From: Deltaproteobacteria bacterium
GTDB taxonomy: Bacteria > Myxococcota_A > UBA9160 > SMWR01
Assembly (NCBI GenBank): GCA_032128375.1
Contig: JAQBGU010000099.1
Coordinates: 1 to 64,000 of the forward strand
DNA: 64,000 nucleotides
Direction of reading: 5' to 3'
The position numbers and the translations under genes were made by a program. A model generated the notes under the pieces. That model saw only the letters and a program-made list of their open reading frames with translations, had not been told where the DNA came from and searched no databases. How positions within the stretch are numbered: the stretch's first letter is position 1; the number at the start of each line of letters is the position of its first letter. Below, piece by piece: positions 29,502 through 39,904 of the stretch.

Positions 29502-29966
29502 GGCTTCCCCCCCGGCGGGTGTGCCAAAACCCCCTCGGTAGTTTCAGCTTACCCGCTTCAACATCGATACGGTAGCCATCGTTGTCTATCGGTCAGTAAT
29601 CCGCGCTGCGTGACGATTTCGGACCCTCTCAGCGCTCGCCCTCATCGGCTGTCGCTCAATAAATTGTCCGGGTCAGCCGACCAGTCACAATCACCTCGCG
29701 TATGCGCACCTGCGTGGAAACCCGCAGACCTATATGTAGACGAATCTGATGAACAGCGATCTCTCGCATCTCACTGCTTCCATGCAACGGCCATCTATAC
29801 TCTCCCCCCGCGGCAGACATTTCGTGTGCGTTGATTCCCGGCAACAGCGTAGCGATCATCGCGGGTTCGCAGATACAATCAAGCTTATCGAGCCGATGGA
29901 CAACGGGCATGTGTAGTCCAGAATCGATGGACCCGACACGCAAAACAGGGACATGAACGGGTCAGT

Positions 29967-32900
29967 ATGAACCCTCGCGAGTTAGATCGGATCGGGCGCT
30001 ACCGGGTTCGGCGCTTCATCGCCGAAGGCGGTATGGCCTGGGTCTTCGAGGTCGAAGACCCGACCTTCGAGGGTCGAAGACTCGCGCTGAAGATGCTCAA
30101 GCCCGAGGCGGCTGAGGGTGACCAGTTTCGACGCTTCGAGTCCGAGGCAAGGCTCCTTGCGGGCATCGACCACCCCAACCTGATTACGATCTTCGATCTC
30201 GGTAACGACGCAGAGACTGGTTGTTACTACTACACCATGAACATGGTGGAAGGCCCTGCACTGTCTGACAAGGGCGTCTTGTCGGTCGACGAAGCGGTTC
30301 CCATCTTCATCGAGGTGCTGGCGGGTCTCGCCAAATTACACGAGCGCGGGATCGTCCACCGAGACATCAAACCTGCCAATATCCTGACCCACACCGATGG
30401 ACGCGCCGTAGTCGCGGACCTCGGCATCGCGCGTGTCGAAAGCATGTCATCAGATCTCACCAAGACGATGATGGCGATTGGCACCGTGAAGTACATGTCG
30501 CCAGAACAGGCCCGAGGTCACAAAGTCGGAGCCGCCAGCGACGTGCTTTCGGTGGGACTCACGTTCTATCAGGTGGTCACGGGCGAATCCGTCTACGACT
30601 CGGTCGACTCCATCGATTCGGGCAGCGGCCAATCGATCTTGTTCTACCTCGGCGCGATGAGCGGTCGCTCCGGAAGTGAACTTCCGATGGTATTCAGCTC
30701 CGATTTCCCAAGCGCAATCCGCAAAGTCATCCTCAAGTCGTGCCGATTCAAAGCTGAGGATCGCTACCAGAATGCGGGCGAGATGCGCCAGGCCCTCATC
30801 GCGGCCCACCAGCAGCCGGCTAGCCCGGTCGGATTGCGGATGTCGACCGGTCTCATTGGTGGCGCGCTAGCGGCGATCGCCGCGGTGGCGGGTATCGTCT
30901 GGTACGGGAGTACCCAGATCGCGGCAACGAACGCAGACGATGCCTTGGCCCGACTGGATCAGGTGCAAGCCGGCGCTTCCGCGATCGTCGAGCAAACCGC
31001 ATCACTGAGTCCACCCATCCCGAACGAGCTGTCGGAAGAAGTGGAAAAACGCATGTCGCATGCTGAAATTTTCGGTTTGCAGGGACGCGAGAAACTCGAA
31101 ACCGGCAACGCGAGCAGTGCGCTGGTTCTGATCGAAGACGCAATCGACTACTACCAGAAAGTCTGCAGCGAAATTCTAACCAAGGACCTGAACAGTCGGG
31201 CAGAAGCATCCGCAAACAATGCGAAATCTCGCGTAAATGAAATCAGCACACACGAGTCTCGGCAACTCCTTCCCGATGCTTTCGCAGGGTTGAATGCGAT
31301 GCTCGCCGGCCTCGAACCTCCCGCAGCAGACTTGGCGCCATGCGAAGCCGGCCAACAGCAGCTGGCACGCCTCGAAGTCAGTGGAAAATTGTCGACTGAA
31401 GCCGGGCTGGTAGAGCGCAACCTCAAGGACGAATGGCCGCGGTTGGCGAATCGCGCAAAAGAGGCTGCCGATCAGGCGGAGCGCTCTGCGCAAGAGCTGT
31501 CGGTCGAAGCGATCGCGTATACCGGGCCGCTGGCGGAAGGACGGGAATCCAAAGCCGATGGCGAAGCCGCCCTCGCGGCCGAAGATTTTCTGGGGGCCCG
31601 ACGTGCGTTTGTCGCAGCACGCGAATCGTTCGAGATGGCAGCACAACTCGCCCCCGCCGCCCGAGCGCGCGAGGAGGCCCTGGCCCTGCATCTAGACAGC
31701 AGCGCCGACTTGAAAAGCCAGAGTGTGGTCACAGGAGCACTGAAATCAGCCGAAGCACTCTACTCTGCAGAGCGCTGGGCTGAGGCCACAGGCGAGTTCA
31801 AAGCCCTGACAACACTGATCCAGGGCCTCGCTGCGGACCGGAAGGCCGCATCGGCAGCGCTGGCGGCGGCCGACGCCGCCGCGAAACAACGAGCGGAAGC
31901 CCTGAGCGATGGTGCGGAATTTTCCGCCGGAGACGAGTTGGCTGCCGCCGAGCGGGCGCGCTCCGGAGCGGTCGCCGAACTCGAAGCCAAACGCTACGAC
32001 TCCGCGGAGTCGGGTTTTGCTCGCGCGCAGTCCCACTACCAGAGCGCCAAGGCAAAAGCGTCAGCTCGATTGGCTGAGGCCCTCGAATCGGCCGCCAAGA
32101 CGCGCAAGCAAGGCGCAGAGCTGATCGAAAGCGGGCAGTGCGAGAGCCTGGGCGGACCCGCTCGGACACCCTGCATCGAAGGAACGGAATCGGAGCGCCT
32201 CGGCCTCGCTGCGCTCGCAGAGCGCAATACGCCCGACGCGATGCACAGCTTCGAGCACGCTCGTGGCCGCTATCAGGTCGCGGGCAGCGCGGAGCGCGCG
32301 TTTCTGGCTAACCGCCCCCAACCTCCGTTTCTGGTCAAGCGCGAACCCAGTGACAAAGTCGTTCGACAATTCCGCAATACGCCGGTCAATCTCAAAATCG
32401 AGGCAGCCGATCCGAACCAGAGTGACGTCCTGCGCTACAGCTGGAACGTCGACGGAAAAACGGCCGGCGGGGATTCCCCGGCATTCACATACCGGGGCGA
32501 CCGGGATGCCGAGGTCACGGTTACTGTCGATGATGGGCACCAAGGCCTCATAGAGCAGACCTGGCAGCTCTCGTTCGACAACCGCCAGCCCAACTTGAGT
32601 CTGTCCCCCAGTTCGCGGAGTGTCGCGTTATCCGTCGGAGAAAAATACGAGTTCGAGGCGAACGCGACAGATCCCGACGGTGAGAGTGTTCGATACGCGT
32701 TTGCGGTCAACGGCGAGCAGGTCTCCACCAAACCCCGCTACACCTTCGTCGCCGAGCGCGCCGGATCCTTCGAGGTCACCGCTCGTGCCATCGATGGGGG
32801 CGGAGCGAGCGTCCGCAAATCGGTCCAAATCAAGGTTGCGGCGAAGGCCCCGCCGCCCCAGGTCGCGGTCGCGAAGCCGAAGACGGCCCCGCCTCCGCCG

Positions 32901-33341
32901 GCGGTAACCAAGCCCAGAGCACCCGAACCGATCGCAACACCGGAGCCCGCCCCGGTTGTCGTGGCGAAGATCCCGACACCCGCTCCCAGCCCGCCGACGG
33001 CCGCAAAGGCCGACCCCAACAGCTCCGGTGTCGCTGCGCTTCGCGAATACGAATCCGCCTACGAATCGCTCGATGTCGGTCGCCTGAGCCGCGTCTGGAT
33101 CATGAATCGAAATCAAAAGAAGGCGATGACCACGATGTTCAAGGATGTGAAGTCGCTGACTCTCGATCTTACGATCCTGGGCGTCACGGTTGAGGACGAA
33201 AGTGTCCACATCGACTTCGACCAGAAGATCACGAGTCAAGGAAGAGCTCGCATCAGCTCCAAGCCCGCACGGATGACCGCCACGGTCATCCCCCAAGCGG
33301 GTGGCAGATGGATCATCTCCAGCATCCTGCCTCGCGGCTGA
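29967..33341 (+). CDS. Hanks-type Ser/Thr kinase with TM and large extracytoplasmic region
   Basis: EGGMAWV, ALKML, HRDIKPAN, DLG, GTVKYMSPEQ; TM; helical repeats, two PKD/Ig-like domains, Pro-rich linker, NTF2-like end. Confidence 0.93.
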   Translation: MNPRELDRIGRYRVRRFIAEGGMAWVFEVEDPTFEGRRLALKMLKPEAAEGDQFRRFESEARLLAGIDHPNLITIFDLGNDAETGCYYYTMNMVEGPALSDKGVLSVDEAVPIFIEVLAGLAKLHERGIVHRDIKPANILTHTDGRAVVADLGIARVESMSSDLTKTMMAIGTVKYMSPEQARGHKVGAASDVLSVGLTFYQVVTGESVYDSVDSIDSGSGQSILFYLGAMSGRSGSELPMVFSSDFPSAIRKVILKSCRFKAEDRYQNAGEMRQALIAAHQQPASPVGLRMSTGLIGGALAAIAAVAGIVWYGSTQIAATNADDALARLDQVQAGASAIVEQTASLSPPIPNELSEEVEKRMSHAEIFGLQGREKLETGNASSALVLIEDAIDYYQKVCSEILTKDLNSRAEASANNAKSRVNEISTHESRQLLPDAFAGLNAMLAGLEPPAADLAPCEAGQQQLARLEVSGKLSTEAGLVERNLKDEWPRLANRAKEAADQAERSAQELSVEAIAYTGPLAEGRESKADGEAALAAEDFLGARRAFVAARESFEMAAQLAPAARAREEALALHLDSSADLKSQSVVTGALKSAEALYSAERWAEATGEFKALTTLIQGLAADRKAASAALAAADAAAKQRAEALSDGAEFSAGDELAAAERARSGAVAELEAKRYDSAESGFARAQSHYQSAKAKASARLAEALESAAKTRKQGAELIESGQCESLGGPARTPCIEGTESERLGLAALAERNTPDAMHSFEHARGRYQVAGSAERAFLANRPQPPFLVKREPSDKVVRQFRNTPVNLKIEAADPNQSDVLRYSWNVDGKTAGGDSPAFTYRGDRDAEVTVTVDDGHQGLIEQTWQLSFDNRQPNLSLSPSSRSVALSVGEKYEFEANATDPDGESVRYAFAVNGEQVSTKPRYTFVAERAGSFEVTARAIDGGGASVRKSVQIKVAAKAPPPQVAVAKPKTAPPPPAVTKPRAPEPIATPEPAPVVVAKIPTPAPSPPTAAKADPNSSGVAALREYESAYESLDVGRLSRVWIMNRNQKKAMTTMFKDVKSLTLDLTILGVTVEDESVHIDFDQKITSQGRARISSKPARMTATVIPQAGGRWIISSILPRG

Positions 33342-33453
33342 CCGTTGCACCGATACACATCGGCAACGAACCTCGGTTGAACGCTTGGGTTTTTCACAAG
33401 CTGTGAGTAGAATCGAGCGCGCCAGCGAGTGGGCGAAGTAATTGGGGGTGTCG

Positions 33454-34740
33454 ATGGAGTTCTCCTTCTGGCCGATGGTCATGCAGCTTGCGAGCCTGTT
33501 GATTTTGCTCGTGGTGTTGGGAGAAGCGGGTCTCGTGCTGTTCGCGGGTGTGCGACGGTACTTTTACCAGCAGGACGTCTACAGTCTTTCTCTCGAGAAT
33601 TTCGAAGAGCGGCTGATGGCTGCTCGCACTCGTACAGTCAACCGCGGCCGTGAGGCCAGCTCGTGGGCGGGCTTTCGCAAATTTCGCGTGGCGAAAAAGC
33701 TCGAAGAGGGTGGTGGCGTCTCGTCGTTCTACTTGGAAGCGCACGACAACAAGCCAATCCCGTCTTTCAAGCCTGGCCAATATCTGACTTTCTCCCTCGA
33801 TATTCCGGCGGAGAGTCGGCCGGTGATTCGCTGCTACTCGCTATCGGACGCACCCGACCCGACCTACTTCCGAGTCAGCATCAAAAAAATCCCGCCGCCG
33901 CGCGACAAGCCCGAGCTTCCGTGGGGGAAAAGTTCTGCGTTCTTTCACGACCAGCTCGAAGTCGACAGCCTGCTCAACGTCAAGGCGCCGTCGGGCGACT
34001 TTTTTCTCGACATGGCGAAGAGCCGACCGGTCGTGCTGATTGGTGGTGGAGTCGGGATTACGCCGGTGCTCTCCATGTTGAATACGCTCGCAGCGCGGGA
34101 CCTCGACCGCGACGTGCATTTCTTCTACGGCGTGCGACACGCCGAGGAGCACATCCAGCGCGAGCATCTCTCGGAGCTAGCGGCGCGCTTTCCGCAGAGT
34201 TTGCACATCCACGTCTGCTACAGCGGCGTACCGGTCGATGAATTGCCGGTCGACGCCAACGTTCGATACCACTCGGAGTTCGTCAGCGTCGAGCTCTTCA
34301 AGCGCGAACTTCCCTCCAGCAACTTCGAGTACTACATCTGCGGTCCGCCGCCCATGATGAACTCCGTCACTACCGACCTTCGCGAATGGGGCGTGCCCGA
34401 CGCAGACGTCCACTGGGAGGGTTTCGGTCCTGCGACCGTGAAGCAGACTCCCCGGGCCAAGGCGGTCGGAGCGGAATCGAGCGAAAAGCTGATGGTCAAA
34501 TTCGCGAAATCGGGAAGCGAGATCCAGTGGAATCCCGAAGCCGGATCGCTGTTGGAATTTGCAGAGGAAAACGGGATCGTGATCGACTCCGCGTGCCGGG
34601 CCGGCAGTTGTGGCACGTGTGTGACCGCGATCAAGAACGGTGAAATCGAATATCTCGCGGACCCTGGCAGCACCCCGGATTCCGGGACCTGCCTCACGTG
34701 CATTTCCGTGCCGAAGTCGGACCTCGTTCTCGATGCCTAG
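33454..34740 (+). CDS. Membrane-anchored FNR-type FAD/NAD(P)H oxidoreductase with C-terminal 2Fe-2S ferredoxin
   Basis: N-terminal TM, RCYSL, GGVGITP, YICGPPPM, CRAGSCGTC...C. Confidence 0.92.
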   Translation: MEFSFWPMVMQLASLLILLVVLGEAGLVLFAGVRRYFYQQDVYSLSLENFEERLMAARTRTVNRGREASSWAGFRKFRVAKKLEEGGGVSSFYLEAHDNKPIPSFKPGQYLTFSLDIPAESRPVIRCYSLSDAPDPTYFRVSIKKIPPPRDKPELPWGKSSAFFHDQLEVDSLLNVKAPSGDFFLDMAKSRPVVLIGGGVGITPVLSMLNTLAARDLDRDVHFFYGVRHAEEHIQREHLSELAARFPQSLHIHVCYSGVPVDELPVDANVRYHSEFVSVELFKRELPSSNFEYYICGPPPMMNSVTTDLREWGVPDADVHWEGFGPATVKQTPRAKAVGAESSEKLMVKFAKSGSEIQWNPEAGSLLEFAEENGIVIDSACRAGSCGTCVTAIKNGEIEYLADPGSTPDSGTCLTCISVPKSDLVLDA

Positions 34741-34782
34741 GCACGAGATGCACTCGACTCGAGTGCGCCAGGAGGATTGATC

Positions 34783-36480
34783 GTGCCTTCTGCGCCCGTT
34801 GAGCTCGCCAGACCCAACCGTTGGGATGAACCGTTTGGCGAGTTTCCGCTGACGGACCGCGAAGTCGATTGGATTCTGACCCGCTCCCCGTTCGACCAGA
34901 TCGATGCCAGCCTGTTTCCCGAATCGACGCCGCTGCGAGAGCTGCTGCGCAACGACACTCGCGTGATGCGGTATATCCCCGGCGACGTCGTGGTCCGCGA
35001 GGGTGACTACGGAACTTCGGTCTACTATGTGCTCTCGGGCAAGGTGCGAGTCGTCACCGGAAGCGGTGACGACTTCGCCTCCGAGATCCAGGGCAGCGCC
35101 CACCACGGCAAGAAGAGCCTGTTCGCGGCGATCTCTCAATTGTGGACGAATTCCCGTTTCGCCGAAGCGCGCGACTACGCGGGGAGTTCTGTCGATCCGC
35201 AAGGCCACAGCGAGGGCCTGTTCCTGCCGGACGTGCCCGCGATTGTCGAAAAGTACGCCACCGCAAGCATCGGAGAATCCGAGTTTTTTGGCGAGTCAGC
35301 GGCACTCGGGCGCACGCCTCGAGGCAACCACATGTTTGCCGAGAGTCAGACTGAATTACTCGAAATTCGCTGGCAGGGCCTTCGCGACATCATGCGGCGG
35401 GCCCCTGTTTTGCAAAATGTGATCGAAACGGCCTACAAGGAAAACGCGCTGGCGAACCAACTCAAGGAGACGCCGATCTTCGCGCACTTGAGCAATCAAG
35501 ATCAGCAGGCAATCGCCGATGCGACATCCTTCGCGAGTTATGGGCGCCGCGATTGGACCGCGGCTTTTCAGCGCGCCGCCCAGAAGACGACGAGCGAACA
35601 ACTACGCAATGAGCCGATCATCGCCGAAGAAGGCCACTACCCCAACCATCTCATCCTGATCCGGAGCGGCTTTGCACGGGTCAGCCACGTGTTCGGCAAC
35701 GGCCACCGGACGATTCGCTACCTGGGCCGTGGGGAAACCTTCGGTTTCGAAGAACTCTTCGAAAACTGGCGAAGCTCGGAGCCCGTTCCATTCCGGAACT
35801 CACTTCGCGCCATCGGCTACGTCGATGTGCTGCAGATACCGACAAACGTCGTAGAACGAATCGTGCTACCCACCCTGCCCTCCCACCTGCTCCCCGAGAC
35901 CGAGTCCCAATCCAGGGAGGCGTCCGAAGCGATCTTCAGCGGAATCCGAACGGATCATATCGAGCAACTGGTGGAGAGTCGGACCATCAACGGCAGCGCA
36001 ACGATGGTCATCGACCTCGAACGCTGCACCGGTTGTGACGATTGCGTCCGGGCTTGCAGCTCGACACACGATGGTAACCCCCGCTTCATCCGGCACGGAC
36101 TGAAGATCGGGAAGTTCATGATCGCCAACGCGTGCATGCATTGCATCGACCCGGTCTGCATGATCGGTTGTCCGACCGGTGCGATTCACCGGGTCTCGCT
36201 CGAAGGCCAGGTAGCGATCAACGACCGAACCTGCATCGGGTGTCAGACCTGCGCGAACAACTGCCCATACAACAACATACGAATGGTCGAGATCCGCGAT
36301 CACCGGGGTGCGCCGCTGCTCGACCGGGAAACGCTCTTACCGATCATCAAGGCCACGAAGTGCGACCTTTGCGTGGACCAGCGAATCGGCCCGGCGTGTC
36401 AGAACGCGTGTCCCCATGACGCACTCAAGCGTGTCGACATGGCCGAGATCGGGCCATTGCAGGAGCTACTGGAGCGTTGA
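34783..36480 (+). CDS. Tandem cNMP-binding domains fused to a DmsB/NrfC-type 4x[4Fe-4S] domain
   Basis: VVREGD..YYVLSGKVRV...FFGESAALGRTPR; second cNMP domain GETFG; CTGCDDCVRAC, CMHCIDPVCMIGC, CIGCQTCANNC, CDLC..ACQNAC. Confidence 0.9.
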   Translation: MPSAPVELARPNRWDEPFGEFPLTDREVDWILTRSPFDQIDASLFPESTPLRELLRNDTRVMRYIPGDVVVREGDYGTSVYYVLSGKVRVVTGSGDDFASEIQGSAHHGKKSLFAAISQLWTNSRFAEARDYAGSSVDPQGHSEGLFLPDVPAIVEKYATASIGESEFFGESAALGRTPRGNHMFAESQTELLEIRWQGLRDIMRRAPVLQNVIETAYKENALANQLKETPIFAHLSNQDQQAIADATSFASYGRRDWTAAFQRAAQKTTSEQLRNEPIIAEEGHYPNHLILIRSGFARVSHVFGNGHRTIRYLGRGETFGFEELFENWRSSEPVPFRNSLRAIGYVDVLQIPTNVVERIVLPTLPSHLLPETESQSREASEAIFSGIRTDHIEQLVESRTINGSATMVIDLERCTGCDDCVRACSSTHDGNPRFIRHGLKIGKFMIANACMHCIDPVCMIGCPTGAIHRVSLEGQVAINDRTCIGCQTCANNCPYNNIRMVEIRDHRGAPLLDRETLLPIIKATKCDLCVDQRIGPACQNACPHDALKRVDMAEIGPLQELLER

Positions 36481-37301
36481 ATCATTTCGCTCGCCGCCGG
36501 CGGAAAAATTCCGCGATCGTCGCGGCCGCCACGCTGGCCGCGTGGGGAATCATCGAGCTACTCGACGCGTCGCTGCGGTCGAGCCGATTCTTCACGGGCG
36601 GGTTGTTGCTATTTCTGGTGGTAGCGCTCGGCCTGTTCAATGTGCGCAAGAAAATCCCGTTTCTGCCGCTTGGCAATGCGACCGCGTGGATGGAATTTCA
36701 TGCCTACGCGGGGATTTTTTCCGTACTGATCTTCTTTTCACACATCGGGTTCGATTCGCTTCAGGGTGTGTTGAACTGGGTACTCGCCTTACTGTTCCTT
36801 TCCGTCGCCGTCAGCGGGATCATGGGTCTGTTCTTGACTCGCTTGTTGCCGGGTCGGTTGAACGCACGCGGAGAGGCGATCCTGTTCGAGAGAATTCCAG
36901 CCATTCGCGTCGGCTTAAACGACGAAGTCGAACAGCTCGTTGTGCAGATCGCAAGGGATGTGAACACCGAGACCATCGCGGAGTTCTATTCCGCACGTCT
37001 CGCGGATTTTTTCCGCAAGCCGCGCAATTTCTTCTACCACCTGATCGATTCATCCACTCGCTTTCACAAGCTCGAGCACGAATTATTCTCGCTCGACCGA
37101 TATTTGAATGACGAAGAGCGCAAGGTCCTCGATCAGATCCACCAGATCATGATCGAAAAAGAGGACCTGGACTACCGTTGGGCACAGGGCTTGGCTCTGA
37201 AGGGTTGGCTCTTCGTCCACGTCCCGTTGACCTACGGCCTGATGGTGATTGTCACAGCGCATGTACTACTCGTGCTGGGCTTCAATGGGAGAATGGGATG
37301 A
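36477..37301 (+). CDS. Polytopic membrane protein, probable di-heme b (ferric reductase-like TM)
   Basis: Two TM His pairs 14 residues apart: FH(x13)H and VH(x13)H; overlaps both neighbours by 4 bp. Confidence 0.75.
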   Translation: MNHFARRRRKNSAIVAAATLAAWGIIELLDASLRSSRFFTGGLLLFLVVALGLFNVRKKIPFLPLGNATAWMEFHAYAGIFSVLIFFSHIGFDSLQGVLNWVLALLFLSVAVSGIMGLFLTRLLPGRLNARGEAILFERIPAIRVGLNDEVEQLVVQIARDVNTETIAEFYSARLADFFRKPRNFFYHLIDSSTRFHKLEHELFSLDRYLNDEERKVLDQIHQIMIEKEDLDYRWAQGLALKGWLFVHVPLTYGLMVIVTAHVLLVLGFNGRMG

Positions 37302-39580
37302 GCCGCGAGCTCCAACCCCGCGGTTTTCAGCAGAGTCCGTACGAGCGGCCGGGGCAGAACTGGGTCTGCGGCTGGACGGCGGCGGGTGGTGCGTGTCCGC
37401 GCGGACCCTCACCGGATGGCCATTGCGATGTCACCCACGAGTGTACGCCGGTGCTCGACAAGCAGCGCTGGCGTTGTACGCGGCCGCCAGCGCACGGAGG
37501 CGCTTGTGACACCGGTCCGCTGCCGAGCGGCGAGTGCTGCCGGGCAGTGACACGCTGCCAGCCGGAGCGCACATTGCGCGCAAAGCGCGGCCGGCTGACA
37601 CGCTGGGTAACATCGGCCGCCCTGGCGGCACTGGTTCTGGGCGTAGCCGGTCCGATGGGCTCCAGCATCTTGTCTCCCGGTCCCGTCACCTACCAGCACG
37701 CTCCTTACGAGTCCGAGTGCGATACCTGCCACGGCGCGGCAGTGGGTGGACCGGCCGAGTGGTTCAGCGCCGGGCTGGGCGGCCCGGCCGCGCCTTCCGA
37801 TGGCGCCAGTCCGGAAGAACCGTCTGTAACTTCCGACAGCGCGCGCTGTCAGAAGTGCCACCAATTCGGCCGAGCGCCCCACGGCGTCGACCCCGCGAGT
37901 CTCGCGGTCCTCACCCAGGCTGCTGCCGCCAAGTCGACGTCCAGCGGCGGAGCCGTGTTGACACTCGCCGGGTTTGGCCCGGGTCCAGCGACGAACGAAG
38001 CCGGCGAGCTGGCATGCGCCACTTGCCACCAGGAGCACACTGGGCGCGATGCCGTATTGACCCACCTGACCAACAGCCAATGCCAGGTCTGCCATAGCAA
38101 CAAATTTTCCGATTTCGGTGACGGACACCCGACGTTCAGCGGCTATCCCTACGCCCGCCGCACACGGATTCGATTCAACCACGCCACGCACCAGACGGAC
38201 CACTTTCCGCAGGAAGGGAGCGATTTCACCTGCCGCGGCTGCCACAGTCCGGACCGCCGTGGCCAGGTCATGCTGCTGGAAGGGTTCGATGCAAACTGCG
38301 CGTCCTGTCACGAAAAGGACGTTGAGGTCGCCGAAGGGATCGCGTTCATCCGACTTCCGGGCATCAATACCGAGGAACTCTCCGAATTCGGCGTCCAGAT
38401 TGGCCAGTGGCCCACCTACGCGGATATCGACTTGACGGATTCGTTCAGTCCGTATTTGCGGATCATGCTGGCGGCGGACCCGGCAAGCGCCAGGTCATTC
38501 GAAACGCTTCCCGGCGGCATCGATGAACTGATCCTCGCAGAACTCGGTACGGACGCAGACGAAGCGGCTGCGGTCGGTCAGCTTGCATGGGCGATCAAGG
38601 AGCTGCTGTACCAGCTTTCGACGGAAAAGCAGCCCGCTCTCAAGGAGCATCTCGACAGTGGGCTTCGACGCACGATGTCGGAAAACGAACTCGCGAAGCT
38701 ATCGGGCAACTTCGACTTCGACCTGGTTTCTGACGCGGTGAAGGCCTGGTTCCCGAACCTCGAGAGCGAGATCGACGCGCAACGCCGTCATCTGGGGCGG
38801 GACGGCACCGAAGGTTTCGACCTTCACTCTCATCAGACCCAGCTGGTCGATTCAGAAGGCTCCGAAGCAGCGGAACCGATCTGGGGTTGGACTGTCGATT
38901 TCGATGGATTCGCGATCCGCTATCGGCCGCGAGGCCACCAGGACCCGCTGATGCAAAGCTGGCTCGAGGCGGTCGTTCATCCGGATCAGCACACGAACGA
39001 AAACGCGATGAAGTTTGCATTCGAAGCGCTGTCGGCGACAGAAGCCGATGGAAAGTGTGCAAAATGCCACAGCATCGATATCACGGAGAGCACCCGGGTC
39101 GTCAATTGGCGCCAAAAACACCGAGACTTGACAGAACGCGGTTTCACTGAATACATGCATGGCCCGCATCTGATCCAGCCAGAACTATCCGACTGCACAG
39201 CGTGTCACTCGTTGGGCGGAGAAGCGATGCCCATCGAAGCGGTCGCAACTTCCGAGACACCGTCTTCGAACGATGAATCCGAAGCCAACCCCGAAACAAA
39301 CACGCAAGCAACGCCCGCCAAAACCCGGCGAGACAGCGCGAAAGCCTACCAAACCGGATTCGCTGATGGGAATCACGATCCGCAGGTTTTCGAAAGCAAC
39401 TTTGTGCCGATCGATCACGCGACCTGCGCTTCGTGTCATCAGTCGACGGCTGCCAGTGACAGTTGCCTGAACTGTCACACCTACCATGTGGACCCCGCCC
39501 GACTGCTCGGGGTCCACGCAAGCACGGTCGTAGCCCCGGATACGGCAACCGACACGACGACGAGCAAGGCAGTCGACTAG
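37298..39580 (+). CDS. Membrane-anchored decaheme cytochrome c with Cys-rich N-terminus
   Basis: 10 CxxCH motifs counted after one TM helix; ATGA overlap. Confidence 0.92.
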   Translation: MSRELQPRGFQQSPYERPGQNWVCGWTAAGGACPRGPSPDGHCDVTHECTPVLDKQRWRCTRPPAHGGACDTGPLPSGECCRAVTRCQPERTLRAKRGRLTRWVTSAALAALVLGVAGPMGSSILSPGPVTYQHAPYESECDTCHGAAVGGPAEWFSAGLGGPAAPSDGASPEEPSVTSDSARCQKCHQFGRAPHGVDPASLAVLTQAAAAKSTSSGGAVLTLAGFGPGPATNEAGELACATCHQEHTGRDAVLTHLTNSQCQVCHSNKFSDFGDGHPTFSGYPYARRTRIRFNHATHQTDHFPQEGSDFTCRGCHSPDRRGQVMLLEGFDANCASCHEKDVEVAEGIAFIRLPGINTEELSEFGVQIGQWPTYADIDLTDSFSPYLRIMLAADPASARSFETLPGGIDELILAELGTDADEAAAVGQLAWAIKELLYQLSTEKQPALKEHLDSGLRRTMSENELAKLSGNFDFDLVSDAVKAWFPNLESEIDAQRRHLGRDGTEGFDLHSHQTQLVDSEGSEAAEPIWGWTVDFDGFAIRYRPRGHQDPLMQSWLEAVVHPDQHTNENAMKFAFEALSATEADGKCAKCHSIDITESTRVVNWRQKHRDLTERGFTEYMHGPHLIQPELSDCTACHSLGGEAMPIEAVATSETPSSNDESEANPETNTQATPAKTRRDSAKAYQTGFADGNHDPQVFESNFVPIDHATCASCHQSTAASDSCLNCHTYHVDPARLLGVHASTVVAPDTATDTTTSKAVD

Positions 39581-39904
39581 CTCTCATTCGCCACACCGCG
39601 GCGAATGTTTCCGGGTGGCCCGCCCTGCCCCATACTGGGTCTGACAGCCGCTTCGAATTTCGCCGCACGCAAAGACGGGACGCGGGCTTTCTCTGCATCA
39701 CGATGGTGTCGCAATCCTCAGCATCAGTGAGGGTTTTTTACCCCTTCATTTTGAATAACCATTACCGAGTAACGGGTGACGACCCCATAAGAAACTACCG
39801 CCCGAACTCCCTATTCCCTTGGCGTTTTATTCGATCCGCCGATAGAGTCTTCATTCCCTCGAACGATCAGGTCAACCCGATACTTCCATTACAGGTAATC
39901 GACT

